Shown here: positions 37,200-51,830 of the stretch, piece by piece
Layout: each line of letters opens with the position of its first letter
How positions within the stretch are numbered: position 1 is the first letter of the stretch
The notes under the pieces: model-generated
What the model saw: the letters and a program-made list of their open reading frames with translations, nothing else
Database searches by the model: none
What the model was told of the DNA's origin: nothing
Made by a program: the position numbers and the translations under genes
Origin: Eledone cirrhosa
Lineage: Eukaryota
NCBI GenBank assembly: GCA_964016885.1
Contig: OZ024744.1
Location: 2,914,001-2,978,000, forward strand
Direction of reading: 5' to 3'
Length of the DNA: 64,000 nt

Positions 37200-40100
37200 G
37201 TGAAGAACGAAGTTTTGAGGGAAGACAAGGTAGAGAAAGATAGCTTGGTGAAGAACGACGTTTTGTGGGAAGACAAGGTAGAGAAAGATAGCTTGGTGAA
37301 GAACGAAGTTTTGGGGGAGGACAAGGTAGAGAAAGATAGCTTGGTGAAGAACGAAGTTTTGGGGGAAGACAAGGTAGAGAAAGATAGCTTGGTGAAGAAC
37401 GAAGTTTTGGGGAAGACAATGTAGAGAAAGATAGCTTGGTGAAGAACGAAGATTTGGGGGAAGACAAGGTAGAGAAAGATAGCTTGGTGAAGAACGAAGT
37501 TTTGGGAGAAGACAAGGTAGAGAAAGATAGCTTGGTGAAGAACGAAGTTTTGAGGGAAGACAAGGTAGAGAAAGATAGCTTGGTGAAGAACGACGTTTTG
37601 AGGGAAGACAAGGTAGAGAAAGATAGCTTGGTGAAGAACGACGTTTTGTGGGAAGACAAGGTAGAGAAAGATAGCTTGGTGAAGAACGAGGTTTTGGGGG
37701 AAGACAAGGTAGAGAAAGATAGCTTGGTGAAGAACGGAGTTTTGGGGGAAGACAAGGTAGAGAAAGATAGCTTGGTGAAGAACGAAGTTTTGGGGGAAGA
37801 CAAGGTAGAGAAAGATAGCTTGGTGAAGAACGAAGTTTTGAGGGAAGACAAGGTAGAGAAAGATAGCTTGGTGAAGAACGAAGTTTTGTGGGAAGACAAG
37901 GTAGAGAAAGATAGCTTGGTGAATAACAAAGTTTTGGGAGAAGACAAGGTCGAGAAAGATAGCTTGGTGAAGAACGAAGTTTTGTGGGAAGACAAGGTAG
38001 AGAAAGATAGCTTGGTGAAGAACGAAGTTTTGGGGGAAGACAAGGTAGAGAAAGATAGCTTGGTGAATAACGAAGTTTTGAGGGAAGACAAGGCAGAGAA
38101 AGATAGCTTGGTGAAGAACGAAGTTTTGGGGAAGACAATGTAGGGAAAGATAGCTTGGTGAAGAACGAAGTTTTGGGGGAAGACAAGGTAGAGAAAGATA
38201 GCTTGGTGAAGAACGAAGTTTTGAGGGAAGACAAGGTAGAGAAAGATAGCTTGGTGAATAACGAAGTTTTGGGAGAAGACAAGGTAGAGAAAGATAGTTG
38301 GTGAAGAACGAAGTTTTGTAGGAAGACAAGGCAGAGAAGGATAGCTTGGTGAAGAACGAAGTTTTGAGGGAAGACAAGGTAGAGAAAGATAGCTTGGTGA
38401 AGAACGACGTTTTGTGGGAAGACAAGGTAGAGAAAGATAGCTTGGTGAAGAACGACGTTTTGAGGGAAGACAAGGTAGAGAAAGATAGCTTGGTGAAGAA
38501 CGAAGTTTTGGGGAAGACAATGTAGAGAAAGATAGCTTGGTGAAGAACGAAGTTTTGGGGGAAGACAAGGTAGAGAAAGATAGCTTGGTGAATAACGAAG
38601 TTTTGGGAGAAGACAAGGTAGAGAAAGATAGTTGGTGAAGAACGAAGTTTTGAAGGAAGACAAGGCAGAGAAAGATAGCTTGGTGAAGAACGAAGTTTTG
38701 AGGGAAGACAAGGTAGAGAAAGATAGCTTGGTGAAGAACGAAGTTTTGGGGGAAGACAAGGTAGAGAAAGATAGCTTGGTGAAGAACGAAGTTTTGAGGG
38801 AAGACAAGGTAGAGAAAGATAGCTTGGTGAAGAACGAAGTTTTGGGGGAAGACAAGGTAGAGAAAGATAGCTTGGTGAAGAACGGAGTTTTGGGGGAAGA
38901 CAAGGTAGAGAAAGATAGCTTGGTGAAGAACGAAGTTTTGGGGGAAGACAAGGTAGAGAAAGATAGCTTGGTGAAGAACGAAGTTTTGAGGGAAGACAAT
39001 GTAGAGAAAGATAGCTTGGTGAAGAACGAAGTTTTGGGGAAGATAATGTAGAGAAAGATAGCTTGGTGAAGAACGAAGTTTTGGGGGATGACAAGGTAGA
39101 GAAAGATAGCTTGGTGAAGAACGACGTTTTGAGGGAAGACAAGGTAGAGAAAGATAGCTTGGTGAAGAACGACGTTTTGTGGGAAGACAAGGTAGAGAAA
39201 GATAGCTTGGTGAAGAACAAAGTTTTGGGGGAAGACAAGGTAGAGAAAGATAGCTTGGTGAAGAACGAAGTTTTGGGGAAGACAATGTAGAGAAAGATAG
39301 CTTGGTGAAGAACGAAGTTTTGGGGGAATACAAGGTAGAGAAAGATAGCTTGGTGAAGAACGAAGTTTTGAGGGAAGACAAGGTAGAGAAAGATAGCTTG
39401 GTGAATAACGAAGTTTTGGGAGAACACAAGGTAGAGAAAGAGAGCTTGGTGAAGAACGACGTTTTGAGGGAAGACAAGGTAGAGAAAGATAGCTTGGTGA
39501 AGAACGAAGTTTTGGGGAAGACAATGTAGAGAAAGATAGCTTGGTGAAGAACGAAGTTTTGGGGGAAGACAAGGTAGAGAAAGATAGCTTGGTGAATAAC
39601 GAAGTTTTGGGAGAAGCCAAGGTAGAGAAAGATAGTTGGTGAAGAACGAAGTTTTGAAGGAAGACAAGGCAGAGAAAGATAGCTTGGTGAAGAACGAAGT
39701 TTTGAGGGAAGACAAGGTAGAGAAAGATAGCTTGGTGAAGAACGAAGTTTTGGGGGAAGACAAGGTAGAGAAAGATAGCTTGGTGAAGAACGACGTTTTG
39801 TGGGAAGACAAGGTAGAGAAAGATAGCTTGGTGAAGAACGAAGTTTTGGGGGAAGACAGAGTAGAGAAAGATAGCTCGGTGAAGAACGAAGTTTTGGGGG
39901 AAGACAAGGTAGAGAAAGATAGCTTGGTGAAGAACGAAGTTTTGGGGAAGACAATGTAGAGAAAGATAGCTTGGTGAAGAACGAAGATTTGGGGGAAGAC
40001 AAGGTAGAGAAAGATAGCTTGGTGAAGAACGAAGTTTTGGGAGAAGACAAGGTAGAGAAAGATAGCTTGGTGAAGAACGAAGTTTTGAGGGAAGACAAGG

Positions 40101-43100
40101 TAGAGAAAGATAGCTTGGTGAAGAACGACGTTTTGAGGGAAGACAAGGTAGAGAAAGATAGCTTGGTGAAGAACGACGTTTTGTGGGAAGACAAGGTAGA
40201 GAAAGATAGCTTGGTGAAGAACGAAGTTTTGGGGGAAGACAAGGTAGAGAAAGATAGCTTGGTGAAGAACGGAGTTTTGGGGGAAGACAAGGTAGAGAAA
40301 GATAGCTTGGTGAAGAACGAAGTTTTGGGGGAAGACAAGGTAGAGAAAGATAGCTTGGTGAAGAACGAAGTTTTGAGGGAAGACAAGGTAGAGAAAGATA
40401 GCTTGGTGAAGAACGACGTTTTGTGGGAAGACAAGGTAGAGAAAGATAGCTTGGTGAATAACAATGTTTTGGGAGAAGACAAGGTCGAGAAAGATAGCTT
40501 GGTGAAGAACGAAGTTTTGTGGGAAGACAAGGTAGAGAAAGATAGCTTGGTGAAGAACGAAGTTTTGGGGGAAGACAAGGTAGAGAAAGATAGCTTGGTG
40601 AATAACGAAGTTTTGGGAGAAGACAAGGTAGAGAAAGATAGCTTGGTGAAGAACGACGTTTTGAGGGAAGACAAGGCAGAGAAAGATAGCTTGGTGAAGA
40701 ACGAAGTTTTGGGGAAGACAATGTAGAGAAAGATAGCTTGGTGAAGAACGAAGTTTTGGGGGAAGACAAGGTAGAGAAAGATAGCTTGGTGAAGAACGAA
40801 GTTTTGAGGGAAGACAAGGTAGAGAAAGATAGCTTGGTGAATAACGAAGTTTTGGGAGAAGACAAGGTAGAGAAAGATAGTTGGTGAAGAACGAAGTTTT
40901 GAAGGAAGACAAGGCAGAGAAAGATAGCTTGGTGAAGAACGAAGTTTTGAGGGAAGACAAGGTAGAGAAAGATAGCTTGGTGAAGAACGAAGTTTTGGGG
41001 GAAGACAAGGTAGAGAAAGATAGCTTGGTGAAGAACGAAGTTTTGGGGGAAGACAAGGTAGAGAAAGATAGCTTGGTGAAGAAGGAAGTTTTGGGGAAGA
41101 CAATGTAGAGAAAGATAGCTTGGTGAAGAACGAAGATTTGGGGGAAGACAAGGTAGAGAAAGATAGCTTGGTGAAGAACGAAGTTTTGAGGGGAGACAAG
41201 GTAGAGAAAGATAGCTTGGTGAAGAACGACGTTTTGAGGGAAGACAAGGTAGAGAAAGATAGCTTGGTGAAGAACGACGTTTTGTGGGAAGACAAGGTAG
41301 AGAAAGATAGCTTGGTGAAGAACGAAGTTTTGGGGGAAGACAAGGTAGAGAAAGATAGCTTGGTGAAGAACGGAGTTTTGGGGGAAGACAAGGTAGAGAA
41401 AGATAGCTTGGTGAAGAACGAAGTTTTGAGGGAAGACAAGGTAGAGAAAGATAGCTTGGTGAAGAACGACGTTTTGTGGGAAGACAAGGTAGAGAAAGAT
41501 AGCTTGGTGAAGAACGAAGTTTTGGGGGAGGACAAGGTAGAGAAAGATAGCTTGGTGAAGAACGAAGTTTTGGGGGAAGACAAGGTAGAGAAAGATAGCT
41601 TGGTGAAGAACGAAGTTTTGGGGAAGACAATGTAGAGAAAGATAGCTTGGTGAAGAACGAAGATTTGGGGGAAGACAAGGTAGAGAAAGATAGCTTGGTG
41701 AAGAACGAAGTTTTGGGAGAAGACAAGGTAGAGAAAGATAGCTTGGTGAAGAACGAAGTTTTGAGGGAAGACAAGGTAGAGAAAGATAGCTTGGTGAAGA
41801 ACGACGTTTTGAGGGAAGACAAGGTAGAGAAAGATAGCTTGGTGAAGAACGACGTTTTGTGGGAAGACAAGGTAGAGAAAGATAGCTTGGTGAAGAACGA
41901 AGTTTTAGGGGAAGACAAGGTAGAGAAAGATAGCTTGGTGAAGAACGGAGTTTTGGGGGAAGACAAGGTAGAGAAAGATAGCTTGGTGAAGAACGAAGTT
42001 TTGGGGGAAGACAAGGTAGAGAAAGATAGCTTGGTGAAGAACGAAGTTTTGAGGGAAGACAAGGTAGAGAAAGATAGCTTGGTGAAGAACGACGTTTTGT
42101 GGGAAGACAAGGTAGAGAAAGATAGCTTGGTGAATAACAAAGTTTTGGGAGAAGACAAGGTCGAGAAAGATAGCTTGGTGAAGAACGAAGTTTTGTGGGA
42201 AGACAAGGTAGAGAAAGATAGCTTGGTGAAGAACGAAGTTTTGGGGGAAGACAAGGTAGAGAAAGATAGCTTGGTGAATAACGAAGTTTTGAGGGAAGAC
42301 AAGGCAGAGAAAGATAGCTTGGTGAAGAACGAAGTTTTGGGGAAGACAATGTAGAGAAAGATAGCTTGGTGAAGAACGAAGTTTTGGGGGAAGACAAGGT
42401 AGAGAAAGATAGCTTGGTGAAGAACGAAGTTTTGAGGGAAGACAAGGTAGAGAAAGATAGCTTGGTGAATAACGAAGTTTTGGGAGAAGACAAGGTAGAG
42501 AAAGATAGTTGGTGAAGAACGAAGTTTTGTAGGAAGACAAGGCAGAGAAAGATAGCTTGGTGAAGAACGAAGTTTTGAGGGAAGACAAGGTAGAGAAAGA
42601 TAGCTTGGTGAAGAACGACGTTTTGTGGGAAGACAAGGTAGAGAAAGATAGCTTGGTGAAGAACGACGTTTTGAGGGAAGACAAGGTAGAGAAAGATAGC
42701 TTGGTGAAGAACGAAGTTTTGGGGAAGACAATGTAGAGAAAGATAGCTTGGTGAAGAACGAAGTTTTGGGGGAAGACAAGGTAGAGAAAGATAGCTTGGT
42801 GAATAACGAAGTTTTGGGAGAAGACAAGGTAGAGAAAGATAGTTGGTGAAGAACGAAGTTTTGAAGGAAGACAAGGCAGAGAAAGATAGCTTGGTGAAGA
42901 ACGAAGTTTTGAGGGAAGACAAGGTAGAGAAAGATAGCTTGGTGAAGAACGAAGTTTTGGGGGAAGACAAGGTAGAGAAAGATAGCTTGGTGAAGAACGA
43001 AGTTTTGAGGGAAGACAAGGTAGAGAAAGATAGCTTGGTGAAGAACGAAGTTTTGGGGGAAGACAAGGTAGAGAAAGATAGCTTGGTGAAGAACGGAGTT

Positions 43101-46100
43101 TTGGGGGAAGACAAGGTAGAGAAAGATAGCTTGGTGAAGAACGAAGTTTTGGGGGAAGACAAGGTAGAGAAAGATAGCTTGGTGAAGAACGAAGTTTTGA
43201 GGGAAGACAATGTAGAGAAAGATAGCTTGGTGAAGAACGAAGTTTTGGGGAAGATAATGTAGAGAAAGATAGCTTGGTGAAGAACGAAGTTTCGGGGGAT
43301 GACAATGTAGAGAAAGATAGCTTGGTGAAGAACGACGTTTTGAGGGAAGACAAGGTAGAGAAAGATAGCTTGGTGAAGAACGACGTTTTGTGGGAAGACA
43401 AGGTAGAGAAAGATAGCTTGGTGAAGAACAAAGTTTTGGGGGAAGACAAGGTAGAGAAAGATAGCTTGGTGAAGAACGAAGTTTTGGGGAAGACAATGTA
43501 GAGAAAGATAGCTTGGTGTAGAACGAAGTTTTGGGGGAATACAAGGTAGAGAAAGATAGCTTGGTGAAGAACGAAGTTTTGAGGGAAGACAAGGTAGAGA
43601 AAGATAGCTTGGTGAATAACGAAGTTTTGGGAGAACACAAGGTAGAGAAAGATAGCTTGGTGAAGAACGACGTTTTGAGGGAAGACAAGGTAGAGAAAGA
43701 TAGCTTGGTGAAGAACGAAGTTTTGGGGAAGACAATGTAGAGAAAGATAGCTTGGTGAAGAACGAAGTTTTGGGGGAAGACAAGGTAGAGAAAGATAGCT
43801 TGGTGAATAACGAAGTTTTGGGAGAAGCCAAGGTAGAGAAAGATAGTTGGTGAAGAACGAAGTTTTGAAGGAAGACAAGGCAGAGAAAGATAGCTTGGTG
43901 AAGAACGAAGTTTTGAGGGAAGACAAGGTAGAGAAAGATAGCTTGGTGAAGAACGAAGTTTTGGGGGAAGACAAGGTAGAGAAAGATAGCTTGGTGAAGA
44001 ACGACGTTTTGTGGGAAGACAAGGTAGAGAAAGATAGCTTGGTGAAGAACGAAGTTTTGGGGGAAGACAAGGTAGAGAAAGATAGCTTGGTGAAGAACGA
44101 AGTTTTGGGGAAGACAATGTAGAGAAAGATAGCTTGGTGAAGAACGAAGATTTGGGGGAAGACAAGGTAGAGAAAGATAGCTTGGTGAAGAACGAAGTTT
44201 TGGGAGAAGACAAGGTAGAGAAAGATAGCTTGGTGAAGAACGAAGTTTTGAGGGAAGACAAGGTAGAGAAAGATAGCTTGGTGAAGAACGACGTTTTGAG
44301 GGAAGACAAGGTAGAGAAAGATAGCTTGGTGAAGAACGACGTTTTGTGGGAAGACAAGGTAGAGAAAGATAGCTTGGTGAAGAACGAAGTTTTGGGGGAA
44401 GACAAGGTAGAGAAAGATAGCTTGGTGAAGAACGGAGTTTTGGGGGAAGACAAGGTAGAGAAAGATAGCTTGGTGAAGAACGAAGTTTTGGGGGGAAGAC
44501 AAGGTAGAGAAAGATAGCTTGGTGAAGAACGAAGTTTTGAGGGAAGACAAGGTAGAGAAAGATAGCTTGGTGAAGAACGACGTTTTGTGGGAAGACAAGG
44601 TAGAGAAAGATAGCTTGGTGAATAACAATGTTTTGGGAGAAGACAAGGTCGAGAAAGATAGCTTTTTGAAGAACGAAGTTTTGTGGGAAGACAAGGTAGA
44701 GAAAGATAGCTTGGTGAAGAACGAAGTTTTGGGGGAAGACAAGGTAGAGAAAGATAGCTTGGTGAATAACGAAGTTTTGGGAGAAGACAAGGTAGAGAAA
44801 GATAGCTTGGTGAAGAACGACGTTTTGAGGGAAGACAAGGCAGAGAAAGATAGCTTGGTGAAGAACGAAGTTTTGGGGAAGACAATGTAGAGAAAGATAG
44901 CTTGGTGAAGAACGAAGTTTTGGGGGAAGACAAGGTAGAGAAAGATAGCTTGGTGAAGAACGAAGTTTTGAGGGAAGACAAGGTAGAGAAAGATAGCTTG
45001 GTGAATAACGAAGTTTTGGGAGAAGACAAGGTAGAGAAAGATAGTTGGTGAAGAACGAAGTTTTGAAGGAAGACAAGGCAGAGAAAGATAGCTTGGTGAA
45101 GAACGAAGTTTTGAGGGGAGACAAGGTAGAGAAAGATAGCTTGGTGAAGAACGACGTTTTGAGGGAAGACAAGGTAGAGAAAGATAGCTTGGTGAAGAAC
45201 GACGTTTTGTGGGAAGACAAGGTAGAGAAAGATAGCTTGGTGAAGAACGAAGTTTTGGGGGAAGACAAGGTAGAGAAAGATAGCTTGGTGAAGAACGGAG
45301 TTTTGGGGGAAGACAAGGTAGAGAAAGATAGCTTGGTGAAGAACGAAGTTTTGGGGGAAGACAAGGTAGAGAAAGATAGCTTGGTGAAGAACGAAGTTTT
45401 GAGGGAAGACAATGTAGAGAAAGATAGCTTGGTGAAGAACGAAGTTTTGTGGAAGATAATGTAGAGAAAGATAGCTTGGTGAAGAACGAAGTTTTGGTGG
45501 AAGACAAGGTAGAGAAAGATAGCTTGGTGAAGAAGGAAGTTTTGGGAGAAGACAATGTAAGAAATATAGCTTGGTGAAGAACGAAGTTTTGAGGGAAGAC
45601 AATGTAGAGAAAGATAGCTTGGTGAAGAACGAAGTTTTGGGGAAGATAATGTAGAGAAAGATAGCTTGGTGAAGAACGAAGTTTTGGTGGAAGACAAGGT
45701 AGAGAAAGATAGCTTGGTGAAGAACGACGTTTTGTGGGAAGACAAGGTAGAGAAAGATAGCTTGGTGAAGAACGAAGTTTTGGGGGAAGACAAGTTAGAG
45801 AAAGATAGCTTGGTGAAGAACGAAGTTTTGGGGAAGACAATGTAGAGAAAGATAGCTTGGTGAAGAACGAAGTTTTGGGGGAAGACAAGGTAGAGAAAGA
45901 TAGCTTGGTGAATAACGAAGTTTTGGGAGAAGACAAGGTCGAGAAAGATAGCTTGGTGAAGAACGAAATTTTGAGGGAAGACAAGGTAGAGAAAGATAGC
46001 TTGGTGAAGAACGACGTTTTGGTGGAAGACAAGGTAGAGAAAGATAGCTTGGTGAAGAACGACGTTTTGTGGGAAGACAAGGTAGAGAAAGATAGCTTGG

Positions 46101-49100
46101 TGAAGAACGGAGTTTTGGGGGAAGACAAGGTAGAGAAAGATAGCTTGGTGAAGAACGAAGTTTTGGGGGAAGACAAGGTAGAGAAAGATAGCTTGGTGAA
46201 GAACGAAGTTTTGAGGGGAGACAAGGTAGAGAAAGATAGCTTGGTGAAGAACGACGTTTTGTGGGAAGACAAGGTAGAGAAAGATAGCTTGGTGAATAAC
46301 AAAGTTTTGGGAGAAGACAAGGTCGAGAAAGATAGCTTGGTGAAGAACGAAGTTTTGTGGGAAGACAAGGTAGAGAAAGATAGCTTGGTGAAGAACGAAG
46401 TTTTGGGGGAAGACAAGGTAGAGAAAGATAGCTTGGTGAATAACGAAGTTTTGGGAGAAGACAAGGTAGAGAAAGATAGCTTGGTGAAGAACGACGTTTT
46501 GAGGGAAGACAAGGCAGAGAAAGATAGCTTGGTGAAGAACGAAGTTTTGGGGAAGACAATGTAGAGAAAGATAGCTTGGTGAAGAACGAAGTTTTGGGGA
46601 AGACAATGTAGAGAAAGATAGCTTGGTGAAGAACGAAGTTTTGGGGGAAGACAAGGTAGAGAAAGATAGCTTGGTGAAGAACGAAGTTTTGAGGGAAGAC
46701 AAGGTAGAGAAAGATAGCTTGGTGAATAACGAAGTTTTGGGAGAAGACAAGGTAGAGAAAGATAGTTGGTGAAGAACGAAGTTTTGTAGGAAGACAAGGC
46801 AGAGAAAGATAGCTTGGTGAAGAACGAAGTTTTGAGGGAAGACAAGGTAGAGAAAGATAGCTTGGTGAAGAACGACGTTTTGTGGGAAGACAAGGTAGAG
46901 AAAGATAGCTTGGTGAAGAACGACGTTTTGAGGGAAGACAATGTAGAGAAAGATAGCTTGGTGAAGAACGAAGTTTTGGGGAAGACAATGTAGAGAAAGA
47001 TAGCTTGGTGAAGAACGAAGTTTTGGGGGAAGACAAGGTAGAGAAAGATAGCTTGGTGAATAACGAAGTTTTGGGAGAAGACAAGGTAGAGAAAGATAGT
47101 TGGTGAAGAACGAAGTTTTGAAGGAAGACAAGGCAGAGAAAGATAGCTTGGTGAAGAACGAAGTTTTGAGGGAAGACAAGGTAGAGAAAGATAGCTTGGT
47201 GAAGAACGAAGTTTTGGGGGAAGACAAGGTAGAGAAAGATAGCTTGGTGAAGAACGAAGTTTTGAGGGAAGACAAGGTAGAGAAAGATAGCTTGGTGAAG
47301 AACGAAGTTTTGGGGGAAGACAAGGTAGAGAAAGATAGCTTGGTGAAGAACGGAGTTTTGGGGGAAGACAAGGTAGAGAAAGATAGCTTGGTGAAGAACG
47401 AAGTTTTGGGGGAAGACAAGGTAGAGAAAGATAGCTTGGTGAAGAACGAAGTTTTGAGGGAAGACAATGTAGAGAAAGATAGCTTGGTGAAGAACGAAGT
47501 TTTGGGGAAGATAATGTAGAGAAAGATAGCTTGGTGAAGAACGAAGTTTTGGGGGATGACAAGGTAGAGAAAGATAGCTTGGTGAAGAACGACGTTTTGA
47601 GGGAAGACAAGGTAGAGAAAGATAGCTTGGTGAAGAACGACGTTTTGTGGGAAGACAAGGTAGAGAAAGATAGCTTGGTGAAGAACAAAGTTTTGGGGGA
47701 AGACAAGGTAGAGAAAGATAGCTTGGTGAAGAACGAAGTTTTGGGGAAGACAATGTAGAGAAAGATAGCTTGGTGAAGAACGAAGTTTTGGGGGAATACA
47801 AGGTAGAGAAAGATAGCTTGGTGAAGAACGAAGTTTTGAGGGAAGACAAGGTAGAGAAAGATAGCTTGGTGAATAACGAAGTTTTGGGAGAACACAAGGT
47901 AGAGAAAGATAGCTTGGTGAAGAACGACGTTTTGAGGGAAGACAAGGTAGAGAAAGATAGCTTGGTGAAGAACGAAGTTTTGGGGAAGACAATGTAGAGA
48001 AAGATAGCTTGGTGAAGAACGAAGTTTTGGGGGAAGACAAGGTAGAGAAAGATAGCTTGGTGAATAACGAAGTTTTGGGAGAAGCCAAGGTAGAGAAAGA
48101 TAGTTGGTGAAGAACGAAGTTTTGAAGGAAGACAAGGCAGAGAAAGATAGCTTGGTGAAGAACGAAGTTTTGAGGGAAGACAAGGTAGAGAAAGATAGCT
48201 TGGTGAAGAACGAAGTTTTGGGGGAAGACAAGGTAGAGAAAGATAGCTTGGTGAAGAACGACGTTTTGTGGGAAGACAAGGTAGAGAAAGATAGCTTGGT
48301 GAAGAACGAAGTTTTGGGGGAAGACAAGGTAGAGAAAGATAGCTCGGTGAAGAACGAAGTTTTGGGGGAAGACAAGGTAGAGAAAGATAGCTTGGTGAAG
48401 AACGAAGTTTTGGGGAAGACAATGTAGAGAAAGATAGCTTGGTGAAGAACGAAGATTTGGGGGAAGACAAGGTAGAGAAAGATAGCTTGGTGAAGAACGA
48501 AGTTTTGGGAGAAGACAAGGTAGAGAAAGATAGCTTGGTGAAGAACGAAGTTTTGAGGGAAGACAAGGTAGAGAAAGATAGCTTGGTGAAGAACGACGTT
48601 TTGAGGGAAGACAAGGTAGAGAAAGATAGCTTGGTGAAGAACGACGTTTTGTGGGAAGACAAGGTAGAGAAAGATAGCTTGGTGAAGAACGAAGTTTTGG
48701 GGGAAGACAAGGTAGAGAAAGATAGCTTGGTGAAGAACGGAGTTTTGGGGGAAGACAAGGTAGAGAAAGATAGCTTGGTGAAGAACGAAGTTTTGGGGGA
48801 AGACAAGGTAGAGAAAGATAGCTTGGTGAAGAACGAAGTTTTGAGGGAAGACAAGGTAGAGAAAGATAGCTTGGTGAAGAACGACGTTTTGTGGGAAGAC
48901 AAGGTAGAGAAAGATAGCTTGGTGAATAACAATGTTTTGGGAGAAGACAAGGTCGAGAAAGATAGCTTGGTGAAGAACGAAGTTTTGTGGGAAGACAAGG
49001 TAGAGAAAGATAGCTTGGTGAAGAACGAAGTTTTGGGGGAAGACAAGGTAGAGAAAGATAGCTTGGTGAATAACGAAGTTTTGGGAGAAGACAAGGTAGA

Positions 49101-51830
49101 GAAAGATAGCTTGGTGAAGAACGACGTTTTGAGGGAAGACAAGGCAGAGAAAGATAGCTTGGTGAAGAACGAAGTTTTGGGGAAGACAATGTAGAGAAAG
49201 ATAGCTTGGTGAAGAACGAAGTTTTGGGGGAAGACAAGGTAGAGAAAGATAGCTTGGTGAAGAACGAAGTTTTGAGGGAAGACAAGGTAGAGAAAGATAG
49301 CTTGGTGAATAACGAAGTTTTGGGAGAAGACAAGGTAGAGAAAGATAGTTGGTGAAGAACGAAGTTTTGAAGGAAGACAAGGCAGAGAAAGATAGCTTGG
49401 TGAAGAACGAAGTTTTGAGGGAAGACAAGGTAGAGAAAGATAGCTTGGTGAAGAACGAAGTTTTGGGGGAAGACAAGGTAGAGAAAGATAGCTTGGTGAA
49501 GAACGAAGTTTTGGGGGAAGACAAGGTAGAGAAAGATAGCTTGGTGAAGAAGGAAGTTTTGGGGAAGACAATGTAGAGAAAGATAGCTTGGTGAAGAACG
49601 AAGATTTGGGGGAAGACAAGGTAGAGAAAGATAGCTTGGTGAAGAACGAAGTTTTGAGGGGAGACAAGGTAGAGAAAGATAGCTTGGTGAAGAACGACGT
49701 TTTGAGGGAAGACAATGTAGAGAAAGATAGCTTGGTGAAGAACGAAGTTTTGGGGGAAGACAAGGTAGAGAAAGATAGCTTGGTGAAGAACGAAGTTTTG
49801 AGGGAAGACAAGGTAGAGAAAGATAGCTTGGTGAAGAACGAAGTTTTGGGGGAAGACAAGGTAGAGAAAGATAGCTTGGTGAAGAACGGAGTTTTGGGGG
49901 AAGACAAGGTAGAGAAAGATAGCTTGGTGAAGAACGAAGTTTTGGGGGAAGACAAGGTAGAGAAAGATAGCTTGGTGAAGAACGAAGTTTTGAGGGAAGA
50001 CAATGTAGAGAAAGATAGCTTGGTGAAGAACGAAGTTTTGGGGAAGATAATGTAGAGAAAGATAGCTTGGTGAAGAACGAAGTTTTGGGGGATGACAAGT
50101 TAGAGAAAGATAGCTTGGTGAAGAACGACGTTTTGAGGGAAGACAAGGTAGAGAAAGATAGCTTGGTGAAGAACGACGTTTTGTGGGAAGACAAGGTAGA
50201 GAAAGATAGCTTGGTGAAGAACAAAGTTTTGGGGGAAGACAAGGTAGAGAAAGATAGCTTGGTGAAGAACGAAGTTTTGGGGAAGACAATGTAGAGAAAG
50301 ATAGCTTGGTGAAGAACGAAGTTTTGGGGGAATACAAGGTAGAGAAAGATAGCTTGGTGAAGAACGAAGTTTTGAGGGAAGACAAGGTAGAGAAAGATAG
50401 CTTGGTGAATAACGAAGTTTTGGGAGAACACAAGGTAGAGAAAGATAGCTTGGTGAAGAACGACGTTTTGAGGGAAGACAAGGTAGAGAAAGATAGCTTG
50501 GTGAAGAACGAAGTTTTGGGGAAGACAATGTAGAGAAAGATAGCTTGGTGAAGAACGAAGTTTTGGGGGAAGACAAGGTAGAGAAAGATAGCTTGGTGAA
50601 TAACGAAGTTTTGGGAGAAGCCAAGGTAGAGAAAGATAGTTGGTGAAGAACGAAGTTTTGAAGGAAGACAAGGCAGAGAAAGATAGCTTGGTGAAGAACG
50701 AAGTTTTGAGGGAAGACAAGGTAGAGAAAGATAGCTTGGTGAAGAACGAAGTTTTGGGGGAAGACAAGGTAGAGAAAGATAGCTTGGTGAAGAACGACGT
50801 TTTGTGGGAAGACAAGGTAGAGAAAGATAGCTTGGTGAAGAACGAAGTTTTGGGGGAAGACAAGGTAGAGAAAGATAGCTCGGTGAAGAACGAAGTTTTG
50901 GGGGAAGACAAGGTAGAGAAAGATAGCTTGGTGAAGAACGAAGTTTTGGGGGAAGACAAGGTAGAGAAAGATAGCTTGGTGAAGAACGGAGTTTTGGGGG
51001 AAGACAAGGTAGAGAAAGATAGCTTGGTGAAGAACGAAGTTTTGGGGGAAGACAAGGTAGAGAAAGATAGCTTGGTGAAGAACGAAGTTTTGAGGGAAGA
51101 CAAGGTAGAGAAAGATAGCTTGGTGAAGAACGACGTTTTGTGGGAAGACAAGGTAGAGAAAGATAGCTTGGTGAATAACAATGTTTTGGGAGAAGACAAG
51201 GTCGAGAAAGATAGCTTGGTGAAGAACGAAGTTTTGTGGGAAGACAAGGTAGAGAAAGATAGCTTGGTGAAGAACGAAGTTTTGGGGGAAGACAAGGTAG
51301 AGAAAGATAGCTTGGTGAATAACGAAGTTTTGGGAGAAGACAAGGTAGAGAAAGATAGCTTGGTGAAGAACGACGTTTTGAGGGAAGACAAGGCAGAGAA
51401 AGATAGCTTGGTGAAGAACGAAGTTTTGGGGAAGACAATGTAGAGAAAGATAGCTTGGTGAAGAACGAAGTTTTGGGGGAAGACAAGGTAGAGAAAGATA
51501 GCTTGGTGAAGAACGAAGTTTTGAGGGAAGACAAGGTAGAGAAAGATAGCTTGGTGAATAACGAAGTTTTGGGAGAAGACAAGGTAGAGAAAGATAGTTG
51601 GTGAAGAACGAAGTTTTGAAGGAAGACAAGGCAGAGAAAGATAGCTTGGTGAAGAACGAAGTTTTGAGGGAAGACAAGGTAGAGAAAGATAGCTTGGTGA
51701 AGAACGAAGTTTTGGGGGAAGACAAGGTAGAGAAAGATAGCTTGGTGAAGAACGAAGTTTTGGGGGAAGACAAGGTAGAGAAAGATAGCTTGGTGAAGAA
51801 GGAAGTTTTGGGGAAGACAATGTAGAGAAA
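37200..51830 (+). repeat. Higher-order block family with offsets 4,211, 4,257, 8,468 and 2,536 bp
   Basis: ORF starts pair at 4211 (37436/41647, 38632/42843), 8468 (38632/47100, 39971/48439) and 2536 (47531/50067). The marker series GGGGATGAC, GGAATACAAG, GAACACAAG, GAAGCCAAG occurs four times, at ~39.1-39.6, 43.3-43.8, 47.55-48.1 and 50.1-50.6 kb. Confidence 0.85.
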
